A stretch of 64,000 nt of DNA from an uncultured Chloroflexia bacterium. GTDB taxonomy: Bacteria; Chloroflexota; Limnocylindria; Limnocylindrales; CSP1-4. The notes beneath the pieces are model-generated. The model made no database searches, was not told the DNA's origin, and saw nothing but the letters and a program-made list of their open reading frames with translations. The stretch lies in assembly GCA_963720755.1 (NCBI GenBank), contig CAVRGP010000002.1:96001-160000 (forward strand), read 5' to 3'. The position numbers were made by a program, and so were the translations under genes. Below are positions 57,296 to 64,000 of this stretch, one piece after another. Numbering within the stretch: the stretch's first letter is position 1; every line of letters starts with the position of its first letter.

Positions 57296-59265
57296 CAGCG
57301 GGCCAGCAACAGGTAGGCGCCGGCCATCGCGATCAGCCCGATCGCGATCCCGAGGGCATAGTTCTGGACCCGACCGGTCTGGATCTCGCCGAGTCCGCGA
57401 CCGGCGTCCACGGTCGCCCCGCCGACGGCGTTCACCGTCCCGTCGACGACCTCCCGGTCGAACCACCAGAGGGCGGCTGCGATCCGGCCGCCGATCACCA
57501 TGAACAGCAGGTGGTAGAGCTCATCGAACCACCATTTGTTGAGCGATGCCCGGTACAGGAATGGCGCCCGAGCGGTCAACTCGCGAACGCGTTCCGGGCG
57601 AGCCGGCATCCGGATCGGACCGATGTTCGCGCCGAACAGGCGCCAGGCGATGAGCAGACCGATGGTCGCGATGGTGACACTCGCCAGGATCAACACCCCG
57701 TCGATGCCGAAGAGCTCGTAACCGGGCTGGGCGCCCTCGCCGCGCAGGATCAGTTCGCCTTCTTCGAAGATCGGCTTCAGCCATTCGACGATCCGGCTCG
57801 CCCCGAGGGGCAACCCGAGGTAGAGGCCGAGGAGGGCGGACGGGATCGCCAGGAGGATCAACGGGATCGTCATCACCGCCGGCGACTCGTGGATCTTGTC
57901 CCAGATCGCCTTGGGTCCCCGGAACGTGCCCCAGAAGGTCAGGCCCATGAGCCGGAACATGTAGAACGCGGTCATCCCGGCCACGACGAGGCCGATCAGC
58001 CAGACCCACCAGAATCCGAGCTTGAGCGACTCACCCAGGACCTCGTCCTTCGAGAAGAACCCGGCCAGCGGCGGGATCCCGGCGATCGCCAACGAACCGA
58101 TGAACATCGTGATGTAGGTGATCCGGATCTTGGTAGACAGGCCGCCCATCTGGCGCATGTCCTGCTCTTCGTGGACTGCGTGGATGACCGATCCGGAGCC
58201 GAGGAAGAGCAGACCCTTGAAGAAGCCGTGGGTCATGAGGTGGAAGATCGCGGCCGTCCAGGCACCGACGCCGAGCGCGGCGAACATGTAGCCGAGCTGG
58301 CTGAGGGTGGAGTACGCGAGGACCCGCTTGATGTCCGTCTGGGTCATCGCGATCGACGCCGCGAGCAGGGCGGTGAAGATGCCGATGGCCGCCACGACGA
58401 CCAGGGCGGATGGGGCGTGGGCGAAGATCGGGTTCGTCCGGGCGACCAGGTAGACGCCCGCGTTGACCATCGTGGCCGCATGGATCAGGGCGGACACCGG
58501 GGTCGGACCCTCCATCGCGTCCGGCAGCCAGACGTGGAGGGGGAACTGGGCGCTCTTGCCCATGGCGCCGGCGAAGATGAGCATGGCGATGATCGTGATC
58601 GTCGTCCCGTCGAGTTCGCCGATCCGCTCGATGACGGCCCGGATATCGAGCGTTCCCAGGCTCACGAAGATGAGCATGATGCCGAGGGCGAAGCCGACAT
58701 CGCCGACCCGGTTGACGATGAACGCCTTCTTGGCCGCGAGGGCCGCCGAGCGCTTGCGATACCAGAACCCGATGAGCAGGTAACTGCACAGGCCGACCAG
58801 CTCCCAGGCCACGAACACGACCAGGAAGCTGCTCGCCAGAACGAGCAGCAGCATGGAGAACATGAACAGGTTCAGATAGGCGAAGAACCGCCAGTAGCCT
58901 GGGTCATGACTCATGTAGCCGATCGAGTAGACGTGGACGAGCAGGCCGATCGTCGTGACCACGATCAGGAGACAGGCGGTCAGGGAGTCGACCACGAACC
59001 CGACATCGACCACGAAGTGATCGGCCGGGATCCAGGTGAACCAGGTGACGGCGTACCCGTGCGACGTCTCCGAGCCCGGCAGCAGCGGCGCCGTCCCCGA
59101 CAGGACGTCGACGACCAGCGCCATCGCGATGACCCACACCGCCAGGATCGCCAGGACCGGGATCCAGTGCGCCTGTTTGCCGAGCCGGCGCCCGATCATC
59201 GCCGTCAGGGCGAACCCCGAGATGGGCAGGATGACCAGGACCGGGATGAGGCTCTCGAGGTTCAC
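57295..59265 (-). CDS. nuoL: NADH-quinone oxidoreductase subunit L
   Basis: Motifs KAFIVNRVGD and GKSAQFPLHVWLPDAMEGPTPVSALIHAATMV. Confidence 0.96.
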   Translation of the reverse strand: MNLESLIPVLVILPISGFALTAMIGRRLGKQAHWIPVLAILAVWVIAMALVVDVLSGTAPLLPGSETSHGYAVTWFTWIPADHFVVDVGFVVDSLTACLLIVVTTIGLLVHVYSIGYMSHDPGYWRFFAYLNLFMFSMLLLVLASSFLVVFVAWELVGLCSYLLIGFWYRKRSAALAAKKAFIVNRVGDVGFALGIMLIFVSLGTLDIRAVIERIGELDGTTITIIAMLIFAGAMGKSAQFPLHVWLPDAMEGPTPVSALIHAATMVNAGVYLVARTNPIFAHAPSALVVVAAIGIFTALLAASIAMTQTDIKRVLAYSTLSQLGYMFAALGVGAWTAAIFHLMTHGFFKGLLFLGSGSVIHAVHEEQDMRQMGGLSTKIRITYITMFIGSLAIAGIPPLAGFFSKDEVLGESLKLGFWWVWLIGLVVAGMTAFYMFRLMGLTFWGTFRGPKAIWDKIHESPAVMTIPLILLAIPSALLGLYLGLPLGASRIVEWLKPIFEEGELILRGEGAQPGYELFGIDGVLILASVTIATIGLLIAWRLFGANIGPIRMPARPERVRELTARAPFLYRASLNKWWFDELYHLLFMVIGGRIAAALWWFDREVVDGTVNAVGGATVDAGRGLGEIQTGRVQNYALGIAIGLIAMAGAYLLLAR

Positions 59266-59579
59266 TGGCGCATCGAGTCGTACTCGTCGACCAGCGGTGT
59301 CTTCTTGTTGCGGTAGATCGCGATCACGATCGCCAGCCCGACGGTCGCCTCGGCGGCGGCGATGGCGATGACCATCAGGGCCACGACGGAGCCCTGGGCG
59401 GCCATGGCCGCGTCAGCCCCGAAGGATCCGAAGGCGACGATCGCGAGGTTGACGCCATTGAGCATGAGTTCGATGGACATCAGCATGCTGATCGCGTTGC
59501 GCCGGGCCAGGAACCCGAACGAGCCGATCGCGAAGAGCAGGCCGGCCAGGATCAGGTAGGCGTCCAGCGAGTCGGTCAT
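59262..59579 (-). CDS. nuoK: NADH-quinone oxidoreductase subunit K
   Basis: Motifs RRNAISMLMSIELMLN and AAAEATVGLAI. Confidence 0.95.
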   Translation of the reverse strand: MTDSLDAYLILAGLLFAIGSFGFLARRNAISMLMSIELMLNGVNLAIVAFGSFGADAAMAAQGSVVALMVIAIAAAEATVGLAIVIAIYRNKKTPLVDEYDSMRQ

Positions 59580-60169
59580 GACGGACCACCGGGTTCGCGC
59601 TTGGCCAGGTAGACGCCGCCGATGACCGCAGCCAGGAGCAGGACGCTGATGACCTCGAACGGCAGAACGTAGTCCTTGAACAGGACCGTGGACAGTGCGT
59701 CGGCCGTGAGCCGGACCCGATGCGCTGCTTCGTTCCAGTCGGTGGCGGCGACCGCCAGGGCGATGACCAGGGCGATGACGATCGATGCGATCGCCGCCGG
59801 GACCGCCTGGGTCTGGAAGACGAGTCGGCTCGGGGCGTCCTTCGTCTGAGTGAGCATGATCGCGAACAGGATCAGGACACTGATCGCCCCGATGTACACG
59901 ATGACCTGGGCCGCCGCGATCAGGGTCGCCCCCAGGATCACGTAGATCCCGGCCAGCGACCCGAAGCACACGATCATGGCCAGGCCGCAGCGGATGATGT
60001 CGCGCATCGTCACGACGAGGAGGGCGGAGCCGATCATCACCGCCGCGAAGATCCAGAACAGGGCGTCGGCCCAATCCTGCCCGAGAAACACGAGCATGAC
60101 GACCGCCACGGCGGTCACCAGGCCGAGGACCATGAGTCCCAGCAGGATCGGGATCAGACGATTCATCAC
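59576..60169 (-). CDS. nuoJ: NADH-quinone oxidoreductase subunit J (with an extra N-terminal TM)
   Basis: Motifs QVIVYIGAISVLILFAIML and YVLPFEVISVLLL. Confidence 0.93.
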   Translation of the reverse strand: MMNRLIPILLGLMVLGLVTAVAVVMLVFLGQDWADALFWIFAAVMIGSALLVVTMRDIIRCGLAMIVCFGSLAGIYVILGATLIAAAQVIVYIGAISVLILFAIMLTQTKDAPSRLVFQTQAVPAAIASIVIALVIALAVAATDWNEAAHRVRLTADALSTVLFKDYVLPFEVISVLLLAAVIGGVYLAKREPGGPS

Positions 60170-60178
60170 GCCACCGGC

Positions 60179-62791
60179 CTACTCGTGATGACTGGGTGCG
60201 ACAGCCGCCCCGCCGTGTTCGTGCCCGTCGCCGCGAGCCTGCCCGTGCCCGTTGCCGTTGGTCGCGACGCCCGTCACCGTCGGCGGCAGCATCGGCAACA
60301 TCCGCGCCGTGTCGATGAGCCGGCCCTGCTCGGCCGCCCTCGTCGCCCAGTCACGCTCTCGCCGGATGTAGGTGACTTCCGTTTCGCGCTCCACCGCGGC
60401 GATGGCCATCAGGTCGATCATCGGCTGCGACCGGCTGGTGTGTGAGAGCTCGAAGTCCGCGCCATCGCGGAGCGCGTCGTACGGGCAGGCATCGACGCAG
60501 ATGCCGCACAGGATGCAGCGACTCTCGTCGACGTCGTACTTCTGCAGGACCCGTGGCTTGGGCATCAGGGCGCCGGTCGGGCAGGTCTCCGCACAGCGGC
60601 CGCAGGAGACGCACGGGGTGTCGTTGAGGCTCATGTCGAGCGGCGTGGTGACGAGCGTGTCGAAGCCGATCCGCATGAAGTCGTAGCAGGCCGCGCCGAC
60701 GACCTCCGAGCAGACCTGGGCGCATCGCCCGCAGTCGATGCAGCGTGACGGTTCACGCAGGATGAAGGCGTGGGAGTCGTCCCGGATGTAGTCGTGGTTG
60801 ACGCCCGTGAACCGGTTCTCCGTGACACTCCGGAAGCCCGCGCCCGCGTGATGTTGCGGTTCGAGTGTGGGCAGGGTCGTCCCGTACTCGATCCCGAGCC
60901 GGCGCAGGTCGCAGAAGCCGATCGCTTCGCAGGTGCACTGGAGGCAACGGGTGGACTCGGCGACGGCGTCCTCGCGGGTGTACGGCAGCTCGTACTCGAC
61001 GTAGGAATGGTTCCGTTCCTCGGCCTCGAGCGCGCTCAGCCGGTAGCGCGGCGTCTTGGCTTCGCTGGTGAACGGCACGATCGACAGGAATTCAGGCTGC
61101 GGTTCAGCCAGGGTCTGCCGGGTCCGGATGGCCGACAGGTCGAGGCCCTTGAGATAGGCATCGACCGCATAGGCGGACCGTCGACCTTCGGCGATGGCCT
61201 GGACCACCGTCGCCGCGCCGATCCGGACGTCGCCGGTACCGAAGACACCGGGACGGCCCGTCTCGAACGTCACGGCATCGGCCTTGAGACGGCGCTGCCG
61301 GGTCGCCTCCGGTCCCTCCGAGCCAGGCCCGATCCAGGTCAGATCCGGGCCCTGACCGATGGCCAGCAGGACGCGATCGCAGGGGATCGTGAACTCCGTG
61401 CCCGGCGCCGGTTCCGGGCGTCTCCGGCCCGAGGCATCCGGCGCGCCGAGGGCCATCCGGATGAACTCGACGCCGGTCACCGTCCCGTCGTCGTCCGTGA
61501 TGACCCGGACCGGACCCGCCTGGAAGATGGCGGTGACACCTTCCTCGATCGCTTCGTGGACCTCGTTGGAGGCCGGCATGTCCTTCATGTCGCGGCGATA
61601 GACGAGGGTGACCTCGGCGGCGCCCTGGCGGATCGATGTCCGTGAGCAGTCCATCGAGGTGAACCCGCCACCGATCACGACGACCCGCTTGCCGGCGTGA
61701 TCCGGATACGGGAGCCCGAGCGTCGCGGTCCGCAGGTACTCCAGTCCGTCCAGGCACTCGGCCGCGTCCTCGCCCGGGATCCCGAGCTTGTTGGTGTCGT
61801 AGCAGCCGATCGCGACGACGACTGCATCGAACCCCTGGAAGGTCAGGTCGTCGAGCGTGAAATCCGTTCCCAGGCCGGCGTTGCAGACGATCTTGCCGCC
61901 CAGCCGGGTCACCGACTCGTACTCCGCCTCGAGGACCTCGACCTTCGGCAGGCGATATTGCGGGATCCCGTACCGGAGCATGCCGCCCGGGGCGGGGTCG
62001 CGCTCGAACACGGTCACGTCGTGACCGGCCAGGAGCAGGTAGAAGGCGGCCGACATCCCGGCCGGGCCGGAGCCGATGACCGCGGCTCGACGACCGGTCG
62101 GGGCCTGCCGTTCGAACGGCAGCGGTGGATCGACATCCTCGTCGAGCATCGCCTTGAGGACCTGATCGCCGGCATAGCGGTGGCTGTCGCGGATGGCGAT
62201 CGCCTCGTCCACCTCGTCACGCCGGCAGTGCTCCTCGCACGGGGCAGGACAGACCCGCCCGAGCACGCTCGGGAACGGGATGGTCCGCTTGAAGATCCGG
62301 GTGCTCTCGCGCCAGTCGGCCTCGGCGTTGGCCTTCAGGAACCCGGGGATATCGATATGGCTCGGGCACTTGTTCTGGCAGGGCGGCAGGCAGTAGGCGT
62401 TGTGGTCGGAGAAGATCAGCTCGAGGTTCGTCCGGCGGAGGCGCCGAAGCTCGTCGGTCTGTGTCTGGACCTTCATCTCGGGCTCGCACGTGCGCGAGCA
62501 GGAGATCGGCGGATGCTCCTCGCCTTCGACCTCGACCACGCACATCCGGCACGCCCCGAAGCCGGGCAACTTCGGCTCGTAGCACAGCGTCGGGATCTCG
62601 ATCCCGTTGTCGCGGCAAACCTCCAGGATCGTCTGGCCCTCGAAGCCCTCGACGACCCGGCCGTCGACTTCGATCCGGATGGGCAGCGAGGATTGCGGGC
62701 GCTGCGGCGACTGCGTATCGAGCAGGCGCTCGGCCAGCGACTCCGGCTCGATCGCGGAAGTGGCGTCGGGGCGTGTCATCAGGTCAGCCAT
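60179..62791 (-). CDS. Multi-Fe-S flavoprotein: NuoG-like 2Fe-2S domain, GltD/SfrB-like FAD-NAD(P)H domain, ferredoxin domains and NuoI-like C-terminus
   Basis: Motifs IPTLCY..GACRMC; PPCQNKCP, GRVCPAPCEEHC; GSGPAG, GGGFTSMD, YRR; CIDCGRC, CVSCGRC, CILCGICVDACP..DFELS. Confidence 0.88.
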   Translation of the reverse strand: MADLMTRPDATSAIEPESLAERLLDTQSPQRPQSSLPIRIEVDGRVVEGFEGQTILEVCRDNGIEIPTLCYEPKLPGFGACRMCVVEVEGEEHPPISCSRTCEPEMKVQTQTDELRRLRRTNLELIFSDHNAYCLPPCQNKCPSHIDIPGFLKANAEADWRESTRIFKRTIPFPSVLGRVCPAPCEEHCRRDEVDEAIAIRDSHRYAGDQVLKAMLDEDVDPPLPFERQAPTGRRAAVIGSGPAGMSAAFYLLLAGHDVTVFERDPAPGGMLRYGIPQYRLPKVEVLEAEYESVTRLGGKIVCNAGLGTDFTLDDLTFQGFDAVVVAIGCYDTNKLGIPGEDAAECLDGLEYLRTATLGLPYPDHAGKRVVVIGGGFTSMDCSRTSIRQGAAEVTLVYRRDMKDMPASNEVHEAIEEGVTAIFQAGPVRVITDDDGTVTGVEFIRMALGAPDASGRRRPEPAPGTEFTIPCDRVLLAIGQGPDLTWIGPGSEGPEATRQRRLKADAVTFETGRPGVFGTGDVRIGAATVVQAIAEGRRSAYAVDAYLKGLDLSAIRTRQTLAEPQPEFLSIVPFTSEAKTPRYRLSALEAEERNHSYVEYELPYTREDAVAESTRCLQCTCEAIGFCDLRRLGIEYGTTLPTLEPQHHAGAGFRSVTENRFTGVNHDYIRDDSHAFILREPSRCIDCGRCAQVCSEVVGAACYDFMRIGFDTLVTTPLDMSLNDTPCVSCGRCAETCPTGALMPKPRVLQKYDVDESRCILCGICVDACPYDALRDGADFELSHTSRSQPMIDLMAIAAVERETEVTYIRRERDWATRAAEQGRLIDTARMLPMLPPTVTGVATNGNGHGQARGDGHEHGGAAVAPSHHE

Positions 62792-62798
62792 GGTCGCC

Positions 62799-64000
62799 TC
62801 ACGAGATCGCACCGGCCGCCACCGCGATCGGGTGGCAGACGCCGGCCGGGCAGGCACTGCGCAGGATGTGCTCGTCCAGCTCGGAACGGAAGTATCGCAT
62901 CCCGCTGCTGAGCGGAAGCGTCGTCAGTCGCTCGTGGTCGCACAGCGCCGATGCCACGATATCGTCCGAGAGGTCGGCGAGGAGCGCCGGGTCGGTCGGT
63001 CGCGGGCGGCCATCGACGATGCGGTCGGCGATCTCGGACAACCGCCGGGTCCCGATCCGACACGGGATCGTCTTGCCGCACGCCTCCCCGGCGCAGAACC
63101 GGGTCAGAAGCCGGGCGAGGTCCACGATGCAGGTCCGGTCGTCGGCGGCGACCACCGACCCAGAGCCGATGTGGGCACCGGCGTCCCGCAACGGCGCGAA
63201 TGCGTAGGGCGTGTCGAGGAGTCCCGGTGGCAGGATGCCACCGGATGGGCCCCCGACCAGGATCGCCTTGAGCGATCGGCCGGCGGGCAGGCGGCCACCG
63301 AGTGCGACGATGTCCCGGAGCGGCGTCCCGAGGGGTACCTCGGCGATCCCTTCTCCGGACGTCGCCCGGACCTGGACGAGGATGGTGCCCGGCGCATCCG
63401 GAGCACCGATCGCCGCGAAGGCCTCCGACCCGTGGATGACGATCCAGGGGACCGTGGCCACGGTCTGGACGTTGTGGACGACGGTCGGCAGCCCGAACAG
63501 GCCCCGCTCCGCGGGATGCGGCGGCCGCTGCTCGGGCTGGCCGCGCTTGCCCTCCAGCGCCTTGAGCAGAACGGTCTCCTCGCCGAGCATGTAGGCGCCC
63601 TGCACCGGCCGGACCGTCACGCCGATGTCGTGACCGGATCCAAGGACGTCGATACCGATGAACCCGGCGTCCTCGGCGGCGGCGATCGCCGCGGTCAAGG
63701 TGCGGATCGCCTCCGTCGCTTCGGTCCGAACGGCGATGATGACCTCGGCGGCGCCGGTGGCGAACGCCACGATCGCGGCGCCCTCGATGACGGCGAACGG
63801 GTCGCGTTCGAGCAGGAACCGGTCCGTCCCGGTCGCCGGGTCCGCTCCGTACCCGTTGACGACCACGTACCGGCGAGGCGCGTCGGTGGTCGCGGCCGTC
63901 CGCCATTTCGTCGCGGCCGGGAAACCCGCACCGCCGCGGCCGCGCAGTCCGGACTGGTCGATCATCGCGATCGTCGCGGTCTCCCCGAAGTTCCGGATCA
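62799..64000 (-). CDS. NuoF/HydB-like flavoprotein, divergent (5' truncated by window edge)
   Basis: Motifs GLRGRGGAGFP, GEET, VGGPSGG and EHI..CPAGVC; frame open to the window edge. Confidence 0.88.
   Translation of the reverse strand, partial: IRNFGETATIAMIDQSGLRGRGGAGFPAATKWRTAATTDAPRRYVVVNGYGADPATGTDRFLLERDPFAVIEGAAIVAFATGAAEVIIAVRTEATEAIRTLTAAIAAAEDAGFIGIDVLGSGHDIGVTVRPVQGAYMLGEETVLLKALEGKRGQPEQRPPHPAERGLFGLPTVVHNVQTVATVPWIVIHGSEAFAAIGAPDAPGTILVQVRATSGEGIAEVPLGTPLRDIVALGGRLPAGRSLKAILVGGPSGGILPPGLLDTPYAFAPLRDAGAHIGSGSVVAADDRTCIVDLARLLTRFCAGEACGKTIPCRIGTRRLSEIADRIVDGRPRPTDPALLADLSDDIVASALCDHERLTTLPLSSGMRYFRSELDEHILRSACPAGVCHPIAVAAGAIS

Noticed and set aside
60179-62791. Glutamate synthase small subunit, FeFe-hydrogenase or formate dehydrogenase
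   Set aside because: No gltB nearby, no H-cluster or molybdopterin domain, and it is embedded in a nuo operon.

Overview
A GC-rich (about 70% by eye) bacterial chromosome segment containing the replication origin. Protein features and gene order suggest a monoderm, most likely Chloroflexota (Limnocylindria/Ellin6529-like); this is inference. Left part: gyrA 3' end, prs, secA, a small 8-Cys ORF, prfB with its programmed +1 frameshift, a GNAT, ftsEX, an S41 peptidase, smpB, tmRNA and a few accessory genes (proline racemase family, a riboswitch-led MFS, a P1B-5 ATPase, sugar-acid enzymes, an orphan molybdoenzyme subunit). Middle: jag-yidC-yidD-rnpA-rpmH divergent from dnaA-oriC-dnaN-recF-dciA. 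At 33.9-48.6 kb is a glycolipid/protein-glycosylation locus: an ArsR-led pgsA-ino1-2x patA-PHP-pimA-like operon next to three GT-C enzymes, one a ~1,800-aa fusion. The right end is an atypical complex I operon, in which a NuoG/GltD/NuoI-like fusion and a degenerate NuoF precede nuoJKLMN. Features not in the ORF track that I read directly: tmRNA, a c-di-AMP riboswitch, rpmH, a 16-codon sORF with a perfect anti-SD match, DnaA boxes and trios, an ArsR operator, a tandem repeat array and two probable 1-bp indels. I saw no CRISPR array, integrase, transposase, rRNA or tRNA. All calls come from motif recognition; no database searches were run.
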